Virus record (IMG/VR): IMGVR_UViG_3300037510_000569
Coordinates: 1-62,731 of that record
Direction: 5' to 3' (one strand)
Origin: a virus
Taxonomy: Duplodnaviria; Heunggongvirae; Uroviricota; Caudoviricetes
Length of the DNA: 62,731 nt
The translations under genes and the position numbers were made by a program. The notes under the pieces were generated by a model that saw only the letters and a list, made by a program, of their open reading frames with translations, had not been told where the DNA came from and searched no databases. Positions 34,535-44,682 of this stretch are shown piece by piece (position 1 is the first letter of the stretch; each line of letters opens with the position of its first letter).

Positions 34535-37017
34535 GCAGATCACGCTTGCCGATCGTTTCCAGGCTCTCGCGCAAGAGCTCTCCGATGAACTGGATGCTCA
34601 CGGCTACCCCGAGGGCCACGCTGCGCGCCGGATGACGATCGACATGCGTGAGGCGGCTGCCCTGCTCGAGGGCGCTGACTCCCTGCTCAAGCTGATCCTC
34701 GTGGATATGGCAACGGCGACCAACCGGGACCTCGCCAGCGACGGCCCGGTCGGGGATGCCGAGGGCGCTGTCTGGCAGAAGATCAAAGAGGCCGCCGAGG
34801 AGCTGCGCGAGCGCTTCGCTGAGGCGGCACCTGAACCTGGTCCAGAGGATGCCTGAGCTGAGCAACCAAACCGCCCTCACCGTCTGGCTCCACCTTGGCG
34901 AGAAGGGCTGCGCGGCTCGGCTCGAACGCGAATACCGCTACTTGAGCGCGGAGAAGGCGAGCGAGTACGCCGGCGGCAAAGAGCCGGTCTTCTACCGCGT
35001 TAGGGTGCCGATCCGTCACATCGGCGAGCGCGGTCTTGAAGAGGTCCTTGCGATCGCCAAGACCTACGAGGCAAAGGTAGGCTTCGGCTGCGGCCCGACC
35101 GGCGAACCCTTCATGGAGATGCTGTGAGCAAGGGCAAGCGAAAGCGCGAAAGGCAGGAGCGTCGCGCGCTGAAGGCGGACCCCGCGCCTGCGCCTGCGCC
35201 CGCGAAAGAGGTCGAGAGAGAGGAGCGGCCCAACCCCTACTTCTGGAACGGCGACACGCTGATGCACCGCAGCGGCCGCGCGGTGGCCCACGTCAGCGAG
35301 TTCCCCTTCGCGTCGATGCGCGAGCACTACCGGCGCATGGAGGTCATCCGCTCCTTCCATGAAGGCAGGCCCCCCTACGCCCCGCCGAAACCGAAGCTGG
35401 TCGTGCCGTGATCGCGCTAGGTATCTGGCTGATCGGCTTCCTTGTCGCGCTGGTCTTCGTGCCTCGCATGGCGCGCTTCATCTGCGACGGCAAGGGCGTC
35501 GAGTTCCCGCATCTCCGCGGCGAGCACGAGTCGTTCGGCCTCGCTCTCGTCGCCGCAATGATCTGGCCCGTGCTGCTGGCCTGCTTCAGCTTCAAGTACC
35601 TCGTCGAGTACAGCTTCGGCACTCGCCAGCTCCCGCGGCGCCCGCGCGCGCGTGGCACGCAGCGCTTCGTCCAGGGAGAAATCTGGGAGCAGAAGAACAC
35701 TCAGGTAGATGTCCGCGCTGAAGTCCGAGCGCGCCTAGTCGTCGTCGGCGTCAGCATCGACGGCGAGGTGATCCTCCAAGGGCTCAACGACGACGGCGAA
35801 CACAACCTGGTCCTGCTGCGCGCCGAGGAGTTGAGCGACACCTACGCGCCCGGCGAGTCGATGAAGCTGGCGATCGCTTGAAGCCCTCCATCGACCTCGC
35901 CGTCAGCGGCATCCGAGACTGGCTGGATGAGCGCTGGGATCAGATCGACTTCAACATCGAAGTCAAGGACGACCCGACCAGCCCTTGGCTCCTCGTCGAC
36001 GCCGAGCGGCGCACGCCGTTCTTCGAGGAGGAAGGCACGCCCGAGAAGGTCTCCTTCGCGGTATGGCGAGAGACCGGCGCCGTCCACCGCTGCGAAGAAG
36101 GCATGGTCAAGGACCCCGAGCTGTTCATCCTCGAGGAGCCGCCGACGCCCGCGGAGCGAGCTAAGCGAATCCGCGAAGAAGTGGAGCGGAGCATGATGGG
36201 CCGCCTCCAGCCCTCCGACGCGCGCGCGATCGAGAGCGTCGTCGCCCAAGTCATCGAAGAAGCGCAGCAGAAAGGAATCATCCCGTGATCGGACTCTTCT
36301 TCCTCATCGTCTGGCTGATCGGCATCCCGGTCTCGGTTCGGCCCTTCGCCAAGTGGTGCTACCGCCTGACGCCCACCCGCAAGACGACTTCCGAGTACGC
36401 CCAGGGGCGCGTCTGGGAGGCGCAGGACGGCTCTCAGGTGATGATCGCGGGCTTGCGCTCCAACGGCTACCTGATCATCCAGCGCCTCGACCGCGACGCC
36501 GAAATCTCGTCCGTCACGCCAAGCCAGCTGGTAGCGGCCTTCGCGCCGACCCACGAGGTACTCGACCTCGAAGTCGCGGAGATGCTGTGAAGCGTCTAGT
36601 CCACATCGTGATCGACCCCGAGAAGGTCGCGCAGGGGAGCTACGCGGTCGGCGGCGTCAAGATCCTCGACGGCACCGCCACCGACGAGGACATCGGCCGC
36701 GGTCTGCGGACGACGGTCGTGCGCGTTCACGACGAAGACGGTGCCGAAGAAATCCGCCAGATCGTCGCCCTCGACGACAACCTTGAGCTCGACGACCACA
36801 GCCCGCTCCGATGAAGAAGGCTTTCTGGCGCTTCGTGCCGCACCGACACCTTCCTTGCGACCACAGGTGCGCTCGCTCCGAACGGCTCGGCCGTTCGATG
36901 CTCTGCGGCGCTGAGTGCCATCGCTGCCAGCGGTGCGGGCGCTTCGTCGATCTCGATCCGAAGACTAAGAGCTGGCGGCTCGGCCGGCCGTCCTGGATGG
37001 TTGATGGGCCGCCCTGA
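34515..37017 (+). other. run of hypothetical CDSs
   Basis: 34515-34856, 34849-35127, 35124-35411, 35408-35881 (TM), 35878-36288, 36285-36590 (TM), 36587-36814, 36811-37017 (Cys-rich). Confidence 0.6.
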
Positions 37018-37019
37018 AA

Positions 37020-37092
37020 CGCGCCTGGCAGGATTCGAACCCGCATCGACCCGGTTTAGGAAACCGGCGCTCGTCCGTTGAGCCACAGGCGC
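37020..37092 (-). tRNA. tRNA-Arg(CCT)
   Basis: GCGCCTG/CAGGCGC, CCGGT TT CCT AA ACCGG, TTCGAAT. Confidence 0.9.
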
Positions 37093-37104
37093 AGGTAGAG
37101 GGAG

Positions 37105-37335
37105 CTACAGCGTCCTGAGTCTCGCGCGAAACCACACCCGGAAGGGCGTGACGAAGGTCTCGGAGTAGTGGACGGTGGTGATGAGCACCAGCGCCGCGAC
37201 GCCGAGGGCAACCCGTGCTGGCTCCCACATGCCGACCAGGAAGGAGGCGATGTTGATGAGGCCGATCGCCCCGTAGGACCACGCGACGCGCCGCAGCGTC
37301 GGGCGGAAGCTGAACTGGAGGATCGGGACCAACAT
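37105..37335 (-). CDS. small 2-TM membrane protein between tRNAs
   Basis: ATG 2 nt after the tRNA-Val 3' end; two hydrophobic helices. Confidence 0.55.
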   Translation of the reverse strand: MLVPILQFSFRPTLRRVAWSYGAIGLINIASFLVGMWEPARVALGVAALVLITTVHYSETFVTPFRVWFRARLRTL

Positions 37336-37337
37336 AA

Positions 37338-37412
37338 TGCCCACTCAGGGACTCGAACCCCGGACGGCCCGGTATGTAACACCGGCGCTCTCCCAAACTG
37401 AGCTAAGCGGGC
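37338..37412 (-). tRNA. tRNA-Val(TAC)
   Basis: GCCCGCT/AGTGGGC, CCGGT GT TAC AT ACCGG, TTCGAGT, A73. Confidence 0.85.
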
Positions 37413-37439
37413 AAAACGCCGATCGTCTCGGATCGGCAG

Positions 37440-37512
37440 CACGCCTGGAGGGATTCGAACCCCCGACCCCCGGCTTCGTAGGCCGATGCTCTGTCCGCTG
37501 AGCCACAGGCGC
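37440..37512 (-). tRNA. tRNA-Arg(ACG)
   Basis: GCGCCTG/CAGGCGT, TCGGC CT ACG AA GCCGG, TTCGAAT. Confidence 0.9.
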
Positions 37513-37548
37513 ATCTGTGATGTTAGCGCGCCATGCTACGGTCACGAT

Positions 37549-38046
37549 GTGGCGGTCGCAGGCTCTCGGAAATACAGCGAAGAGGACATGATCCGAGCCC
37601 TGCGAAGAGTCGCCGAGAAAATCGGCCGCACGCCGATGGCGAGCAACAGCGCCCCGCGGAAGAAGACACAAAAGCTCTGCTACTCCGATCACAAGCGCAA
37701 GAGTGAGCCCTGCTCGGCAGCGATCATCTACACCTTCGGCTCCTGGAACGCGGCGCTGGAAGCCGCAGGCTTGCCCCTCAACAACTTGCAGCCGAAATGG
37801 GAGGGCTTCGGGGCCAAGACCTTCACCGACGACGAGCTGATCGAGGCCGTCCGCGACATGGCCGCCCAGTACCCGGTCTTGACGACGCAGCTCTACCACG
37901 AAAACCGCCCGAAGGGCTCACCGAGCCTCTCGCTGATCCGCCGCCGTCTTCGCAAGAGCATCGGGACTTGGCAGCAGATCGTCGCCTACGTCGGCGGTCA
38001 GTCAGGCCCCGGACATCGGCGTCTGAAGAAAGCGACAGCCACATGA
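37549..38046 (+). CDS. homing-endonuclease-associated repeat protein (2 repeats, no nuclease domain)
   Basis: YSEEDMIRAL..GRTP..FGSWNAALEAAGL and FTDDELIEAV..PS..I..GTWQQ; leaderless TGcTACGGT. Confidence 0.7.
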   Translation: MAVAGSRKYSEEDMIRALRRVAEKIGRTPMASNSAPRKKTQKLCYSDHKRKSEPCSAAIIYTFGSWNAALEAAGLPLNNLQPKWEGFGAKTFTDDELIEAVRDMAAQYPVLTTQLYHENRPKGSPSLSLIRRRLRKSIGTWQQIVAYVGGQSGPGHRRLKKATAT

Positions 38047-38363
38047 TGTTGGACGACGGTCGGCTCGAGGCCGCCTACCCCAACGGACTCAAAGGCGACG
38101 GCATTGGCTACCGCCGAGTCAAAGCGTCCAGCTTGATCGACGGAATTTCCCCAAGCGAGGTATAGGAATCACCGCTTGCAGCAGGTAGCCTCGCCCGTCC
38201 GATGAATCGCGTAAAGCACCGCCACCGCGTCGAAGTAGTGAACGCCCGCCTGCGTGAGCAGATGGAGGCCCGCGCGCGCGTGGAGAGGTGCCGGTGCGAG
38301 GGGCGCCACCACGCCGGATGCGCCGCGACGCACCGCGAGCATCGTGAGCGTGCCTTGGCGTGA
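38043..38363 (+). other. two tiny hypothetical CDSs
   Basis: 38043-38165 and 38202-38363. Confidence 0.4.
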
Positions 38364-38800
38364 GCAAGCGCCACGGCAACTGCCGATACAGCGAGCGCCA
38401 CGAACTGGAAATGGTCTCGCTCTACGTCGACGAGGAACGCTCGCTGGCCGAAATCGAGGCGCTGACCCTCGTGCCCTACCGCAGCGTTTGGACGATCTTG
38501 CGCCGGCATGGCGTCCAGCTCCGCCCACCTGGTGTCGGGCGACCTGCGCCGCGGCTGGCGGACAACGATCTGATCCGCACGGCCTGGCTCCATGAGCAGG
38601 GCTTGACCTACGCGCAGATCGGCGAGCTTCTCAACCTGCGCGCGGGCGGCGTCAAGTACCGGATCAGCATCGCCCGCGAGCGGCTTGGCTACGACCGCGT
38701 CAACCGTGGCGCGCACAACCGGGCGCGGAGCCAACTGCCTGATCACGTTCGCCGAGCGATCGCGACCTGGAGGGCAGAGGGTCTTCTGGCCTCAAGCTAG
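38360..38800 (+). CDS. double-HTH DNA-binding protein
   Basis: LY..RSLAEI..VW.ILRRHGV and GLTYAQIGELLN. Confidence 0.65.
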   Translation: MSKRHGNCRYSERHELEMVSLYVDEERSLAEIEALTLVPYRSVWTILRRHGVQLRPPGVGRPAPRLADNDLIRTAWLHEQGLTYAQIGELLNLRAGGVKYRISIARERLGYDRVNRGAHNRARSQLPDHVRRAIATWRAEGLLASS

Positions 38801-39183
38801 CTCGAGCGCAACTTCTTCATCACCCGGCGAGCGTCGGCGTCGGGTTCCTCGAGGTCGCGGAGGCCATGCTCGGCCGCCTCGGCCCCGGAGCCGAACAGAG
38901 GCACGTCGGTCTCGTAGTCGAGGAAGCCGTCCACATCGACCCGGCCCTCCGCTGAGGCGAGCCGCAGCGCCAGCGACTCGTACATGTCGTGGACAGCGAC
39001 CCACCCGGCGCAGGCGCGGCCGTCCTGTCGGTGGCAGTGGAAGACGCCGATCGGCTGCTCGAAGGTCTCCCCGTCGTAGGCGGGGAGCTTCTCGTACTCC
39101 TCCTCGGCCCATACGCCGCTTGGCACATCACGCCGGTAGGGGCAAGAACCGCAGGGGCGGTCGGCTGGCGGGCGGATGTCCAT
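38797..39183 (-). CDS. DUF6283-like Cys-rich protein
   Basis: PCGSCPYRRDVPSGVW..EY.KL..YD..FHCH..CAGW. Confidence 0.65.
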   Translation of the reverse strand: MDIRPPADRPCGSCPYRRDVPSGVWAEEEYEKLPAYDGETFEQPIGVFHCHRQDGRACAGWVAVHDMYESLALRLASAEGRVDVDGFLDYETDVPLFGSGAEAAEHGLRDLEEPDADARRVMKKLRSS

Positions 39184-39187
39184 CTCT

Positions 39188-39556
39188 TTAGCCCTTCTGG
39201 AGGACCTGCGCGAGATCACCATTGGGTTCGAGAGCGATCGCCTTCTCGACATCGACCAGGAGCCAGTGAAGCGTTCTCGTCTCGTCGGGTGCGTTGAAGT
39301 AGGCGTACTCCCGCTCGTCGTAGGCGACGGCCACGGCGTCGAAGGTGTTTTCCTGCGGCATCGTGACCTTCTTGCCGCCGAACCCGACCATCGTCAAACC
39401 CGGTTCGCCCGCCTTGTTCTCCGCGACGCAGACCAGCACTTTGTCGGCTGGCACATCCGAGAAGCTCTCGCCCTCGAATCGTTCGGCGCCATGCTCGGCG
39501 AGCAAACGATCAGCCTTGCCCGTGTCGCCGCCAGGAACCTCCAGGTACATCCCCAT
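39188..39556 (-). CDS. hypothetical protein
   Basis: CCGACCAAGGAGG SD and TGcTAACTT upstream. Confidence 0.65.
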   Translation of the reverse strand: MGMYLEVPGGDTGKADRLLAEHGAERFEGESFSDVPADKVLVCVAENKAGEPGLTMVGFGGKKVTMPQENTFDAVAVAYDEREYAYFNAPDETRTLHWLLVDVEKAIALEPNGDLAQVLQKG

Positions 39557-39594
39557 TGCATCCTCCTTGGTCGGGTGAGCCAAGAAAGTTAGCA

Positions 39595-39667
39595 CCCGCC
39601 CGGCTGGATTCGAACCAGCGGCCTCCGCCTTCGGAGGGCGGTGTCCTGTCCGCTAGACCACGGGCGG
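39595..39667 (-). tRNA. tRNA-Arg(CCG)
   Basis: CCGCCCG/CGGGCGG, CCGCC CT CCG AA GGCGG, TTCGAAT. Confidence 0.9.
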
Positions 39668-39740
39668 TGGTTGGACGACCGGCCCGCATGGTCTCCCCTA
39701 CAGGAGCGCCTACCGGCCGCCCGCGGGTAGAGTAGCGGCA

Positions 39741-40089
39741 GTGAAGGCGCTCGTATGCGGAGAGTGCGGCGACATCCAAGCGCTGCAGGTCGAGTGGCGA
39801 TCCTGCAAGTGCGGGAACGTCGAGGGGCACTGGACCAACCCCCTCCTCGGCACAGCCGAGTTCAAAGCCCGCCGGCGCGATCGCGCCTTCATCCTCGGGC
39901 TCAACAACCAGCTGCTCGGCCCAGCGCTGCGCGGCCAGCTCGGCATCTGGGAGGACTTCCGCGAGGGTTCACAAGCAGGCGACGAAAGCGCCCAACCACA
40001 TCTTCGACGAGTCCCGAGCCGACTGCTGGGCTGTCGTCGTCGCCGTCGGCCGGACCAACGATGTGCGCTGGGCCGAGGACGAGGCATGA
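39741..40089 (+). pseudogene. Zn-binding protein gene with a +1 frameshift at GGG 39965-39967
   Basis: CGECG..CKCG N-terminus; the +1 frame reads VHKQATKAPNHIFDESRADCWAVV with high GC3 and ends in an ATGA overlap. Confidence 0.55.
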
Positions 40090-40244
40090 AGGTCGATCTG
40101 TCCACGGCGGAGGTCGAGCGCCTTCTCTCGCTGCTGAATCTGACGACCGCGCACGATCCGCGCGACTCCGAGGGGCCGTGTGCCGGATGCACCGCCCGCG
40201 AGAAACTGAAGAAGGCAAGCGAGGGCGACCCCGCTCCCCGCTGA
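40086..40244 (+). CDS. small hypothetical protein
   Basis: MKVDLSTAEVERLL..CAGC; ATGA-coupled. Confidence 0.55.
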   Translation: MKVDLSTAEVERLLSLLNLTTAHDPRDSEGPCAGCTAREKLKKASEGDPAPR

Positions 40245-40246
40245 AG

Positions 40247-40505
40247 AGAGGTCCGACCCCGAGCGGGTGGGTTGCCGGACTTCTATCTGGACCCTCCGGG
40301 TTCACCCGGACCGAGCCGGGTTCACCCGGCAGGCCGCTGGCGTCATCGTCGCCCTCGTTGCGCTGGCGGTGTGGGCTGGTTGAACTACGAGACCGTCAAA
40401 CCAGCTTGTCCCACGCTGGAGGCAAAGTCCCGCCGGGATCGCGCCTCCGTCCCGGATCTCCCGGCAGTTACGTCCGGGCGTTCTTTCGCGCAGGGCAAAG
40501 CTACC
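40247..40505 (-). ncRNA. pseudoknotted structured RNA downstream of tRNA-Glu
   Basis: H-type pseudoknot CCGGGA/TCCCGG plus GGAGGC/GCCTCC; GCTGGTT/AACCAGC; twin CCGGGTGAACCCGG hairpins; long-range GGACTT/AAGTCC; no credible ORF. Confidence 0.6.
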
Positions 40506-40510
40506 TGAAG

Positions 40511-40619
40511 TGCGCCCGGCGGGACTCGAACCCGCGACCTCCGCCTTGAAAGGGCGGCGCTGCTGGACCCCGCATCTCCCGAAGGCGCGTAAGCCTCGAA
40601 CCAACTGAGCTACGGACGC
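40511..40619 (-). tRNA. tRNA-Glu(TTC) with a 35-nt insertion in the D arm
   Basis: GCGTCCG/CGGGCGC, CCGCC CT TTC AA GGCGG, GCGGG TTCGAGT CCCGC all intact; extra bases 40561-40595 inside the D-stem 3' strand. Confidence 0.85.
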
Positions 40620-40785
40620 AAGATGGAAACGGCGGGCTTGACCCGCTCAGCGTTCGAGCGGACCTGGGGCGCTCTCGGAGCGCGGGCGCGTGCCGTAGCG
40701 AAGGGTCACGCGAGCGAGTGTAGCTCGATGCCACGACGGGACACGCAGCGGGTACCCTTCCGCTGGTCCCGAACAAGGAGGCGCA

Positions 40786-43700
40786 GTGAAGCTGCTTCAG
40801 CAATTCGAGGGCATGACGTCCCGAGTCCAGGCGATCATCGTCATCTCCGTCGCCCTCGTCTTCGGCGGCGCCCTCGCCGTCGTCATCGTCGCCACCGACA
40901 GCAACTACACGCGCGACCAGGCAGTCTCCGACGCGAACTACTACTGCGCCGAACACGGCGGGGTGGAACGCTTTGACTACACCTACCAGAGCGACGGCAA
41001 GAGCCAGGTCATTTGCAAGGACGGCGCGCTGGCGGTCTTCCCGTGATCGAAACCGAGTACCGCATCATCGGGATCGAGATGCCCTACCGCCTGCGCTACG
41101 AGAACGGCCCCTTCGAGAGCGAAACGCGCGCCCGCGAAGAAGCCGAGAAACGCAAGGACGCGGGCGACTCCGCGCGCATCCAGAAGCGGACCGTGCAAGC
41201 GACTCCCTGGAAGGATGTGGACTGATGCCGAGCGTCGCCTCCAACACGTCGAAGATCAAGTGCGAGGTCTGTGGCGCTACCTACGATGTCCCGCTGATCG
41301 CGATGAAGCTGCCGCCCTGCCAGGTCTGCGGCCAGGTCATGTACAAGCGCGTCCTCGTCCAACCGGCCTGCGACTTCTGCGGGGGCAACCTCGACGACTT
41401 CTGCTGCTGGACCTACCCAGCCTCCGTCTTCGTCTACCCGCACCAGCCGCCGACGGTGACGCCGGAAGGAAGCAACGACGCCTGGTCAGCCTGCGAGAAG
41501 TGCCACGAGTTCCTTCAAGCCAAGGACCTTGACGGGCTTGCGGTCTACTCGGTCGACGCCGACCTGACGCGAGAACCAAACCCGAAGGCGGACCGCGCTC
41601 ACCTGATTGCCTACACGCTCGATCTCCATCGCCGCTTCTGGGAGCATCGCATCGGCGAACCCTTCCGCGAGGTCTACAGCGACGGTGAGTGGAAGCGCGT
41701 CGATGACTGAGCGCTGGCGGCTCCTGAAGTGCGAGCGTCACGGCATCCAGCTGGGGCCGAAGGACACGCTGCGCTGCGGCGTAGCCGAAGACATTGGCGA
41801 CTCCGTCCACGAGTGCGAGCGCTTGCTCGAGATCATCGAGGTCGAGGAGGTGCGCTGGCCCTACGGCGAGCCGCCGCCGGAAGCGCTGGAGGTGCTGGTG
41901 GAGGCGCGCGCGCGGACCATCGAAAAGGGTTTGCACCATCTCAACGAGGCGAGCCAGGCGCAACTTCGAGAGTGGCTTCGTCCGAGCACGCAAGAGGAGC
42001 TGGACGCGCTCTCGACGGCGCTCAGGGCGAACTGGAGCGCGCGTGCGCGGGAAGCCAAGGGAAGCATCGCCACGGCGCTCGGTCAGCTCAGAGCGGGCGA
42101 CACCGCGCGTCTGGAGTTCAACCTGCAAGCGGCCCTCGACCGCCTCCACCGCATCATCGAAGGGGAGGACTACATCGAGCGCTGGGAGAAGCTCGCCGCC
42201 GAAAACCCCGGTGCCGTGTCCTTCACCGCGCCACCGACGGCGGCGCTGCCGAGTGATGCCCAAACGGGCAAGATCAAACGTGGCTGAGCCGATCGTCGTC
42301 CACGCTCCGCTCGACTGGCGCGTCCTTGAGAACCGCGACGTGGCGCGTCGGCGCAAGCCCTACGAGACGATCTGCGGCGTCTTCGCCAAGCTCCCCTCGC
42401 GCGTGCGGGTGCGCGAGGACGAGCAGGGTCCGTACCTCGTCGCCGGGCCGCACGAGCGCTACTTCGGCTGGTGCGCGGATTGCGCGCGCGCGACGACGGC
42501 TGGCCTTGCTCCGGTCGCCTCCGAGTAGAACACTCGTCCGCGTTGCTCAAGGGCCTCGCCGGCGTCGCCGATGAAGCCGCGTGGAAGCGAAACTCGCATC
42601 CCGTCTCCCCACCTGGCTCCGCCGTCTGGAACAGTCCACCGGAGACCCCGAGAAGGTCAAGCTCGCCGTCACGCTGGCTCACTACCAGCGCCTCGAGCGG
42701 GAAGCCGTCGAGCAGGCTGACTCCCGCTCTTGCAGCGGCTAGTCTGTGCCGCGTGCCCGACCATCCTCGCGGTAAGTCCGCTCCTTCGCCTGTCCAGTCA
42801 GTCTGCTCTTGCGGACACCGCTACGACCACCACAACCACGCGGTCGCCGGCGCTCCCTGCTGGCGCTGCGGATGCAAGCGATACGACCCGGCGTGAAGAT
42901 CGTCTACGACAAGGACGAGTTCGTCGTGCGCAGCATCGACGACGACAACCCTGGCCTGCTGTGCCTCAGCTTCCACCCGGAACACAACTTCGCCTCGTGG
43001 TGCATCGACTCCAAAACCCAGCCTCCCCAGACCGAACCGGATGGTCTACACCCCCGCTTCCAGCCAATCGGCCCAGGAGAGTCGATCGACTACCTGACCC
43101 CGATCACGCCCGAGGAGTTGATCGAGGCGATCGAGAACTTCGACATCGCGCTCCACACGCTGGCGATGATCGGCCAGGCAGTCGTCATGAACGCGCAGCA
43201 GGCGACGATGGGGAAAGGAAGCTGGACTGCGGTCGCCGCGGGCGCGATGCTCGCAGACAAAACCGCTGAGGTAGTCGTCGAGCGCTGGCAGGACGAGCAG
43301 CCCGAGGCCGCATCATGAGCTCGGAGCCGCGGTGGGTCCGGCTTCTTCGCTGGCTCGGCGTCGATGTGGATTCCGATGCCTGAGGGCAAGCCGTCGATCT
43401 GGGTGCGGCTGTGGCGAGCGCCGGATGGGCCCTGGCAGAGCGGCGAAGCGCCTGTCTCTGCGGCCGAGGTCGAGCACTTCGCGCCGGCAAGCAAGGTCGC
43501 GCCTCTGGTGGAGGCAGCGCGGGCCTTCGTGGGCGCAGAGTTCCCTGGGGGCCTCGAGGAAGCCTCCGAGTTCAAAGCTGACGCGAAGGCCAAGACGCTT
43601 CTCGAAGCGCTGGAGGAGTTCAGTGCCTAAGAGCTTGCCAACTGCCTTCAGCGTCTTGAAGCGGAGTGACCTGCCGGTGACGTTCCGCGCCTTCCGCACC

Positions 43701-44666
43701 GACAACGACGAGCAGGTCTGGGAGGAGCAGATCACCGAGGCCGCTGACTTCGCCCAGATTCGAATCCCGCCGCTGGCGAAGGAACACGGCTCCCCTGTGA
43801 GGATGACGATCGAATACGGCGACGGACGAATCGAGGAGGCGACACCTTGACCCTGTTCTCTTACAGGACCGCCCAACGGCTGGAGGGAGGCGACTTCTAC
43901 GCCCTCATCATGGCCGCAATGATGGGCGCGGACGAGTTCAACCAGGCGAAGCTGAAAGCCGCCTGGCCGGAGGTCTACGCTGAGCTCGAGGCCCGCTACC
44001 ACGCTCCGCAGGGGCTCCTACCAGGTGAGCGCAATCCCGAGACCGGCGACACCCGCGAGGAGCTTGACGAGATCCGACGAAAGGCAGGACTCAGTGACTG
44101 AGCCAACCTCGATGGACGAGCTGGCAAAGCTCCAGCTCGCTAACCACAAGGTCAGCGGCTTCGGCGTCTACGAGGTCAAGACCCATTTCCCCTGCCCGTT
44201 CTGCGGAGCAGAGGACTGGTGCGTCGTGAAGATCATCGACTTCCGCGGCGAAAGCAAGCCGCATAAGTGCGAGGTCTGCGGGCGCTCGGCTCGCTTCGTC
44301 CATGAGGAATCGGCGGGCAGCGTCTCCGTCGGCGTCGTCCAGACGGGCGGCCCCGCTCAACCGAGCTGGCTCAAGCCGCGGATGCCGGTCGAGCTTCCGA
44401 CGATCATGGAGGCCGCTGGCGACGGTGCTGGCGAGTACGCCTGGGTGCGCCGCGACGCGATCCTCGACACGCCCGAGAAGGCAGTCGAGGAGTACCGCGA
44501 CTACATGGGGCTCGACGGCGAAGAGATGCCCGCGCCCGAGCAGGCCAAGCCGATCTTCATGCGCCCCGCCACCGATGCCGACGAGCCCGAGGAAGGCATC
44601 GCCGTCGTCTGCGGGGAGGGCGAAATGGACTCCCAGCCCTACTGGGAGATCGACCTGAGTCCATGA
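40786..44666 (+). other. run of hypothetical CDSs
   Basis: 40786-41046 (TM plus Cys pair), 41043-41225, 41225-41710 (Zn), 41703-42287, 42280-42528, 42581-42742, 42893-43318, 43376-43630, 43623-43850, 43847-44101, 44094-44666 (Zn ribbon). Confidence 0.6.
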
Positions 44667-44682
44667 GCGAAAGGAGCCTCCC

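Noticed and set aside
40296-40329. CRISPR-like repeat from the twin 14-mers (and the 1769-1868 repeats)
   Set aside because: Only 2-3 copies, spacers too short or coding, no cas genes.
40247-40505. Canonical group I intron, RNase P RNA or theta/HDV-like ribozyme call
   Set aside because: No room for P4-P6; RNase P-like strings are in the wrong order and lack the bulged U; no HDV P3/P1.1 directly after the tRNA 3' end.
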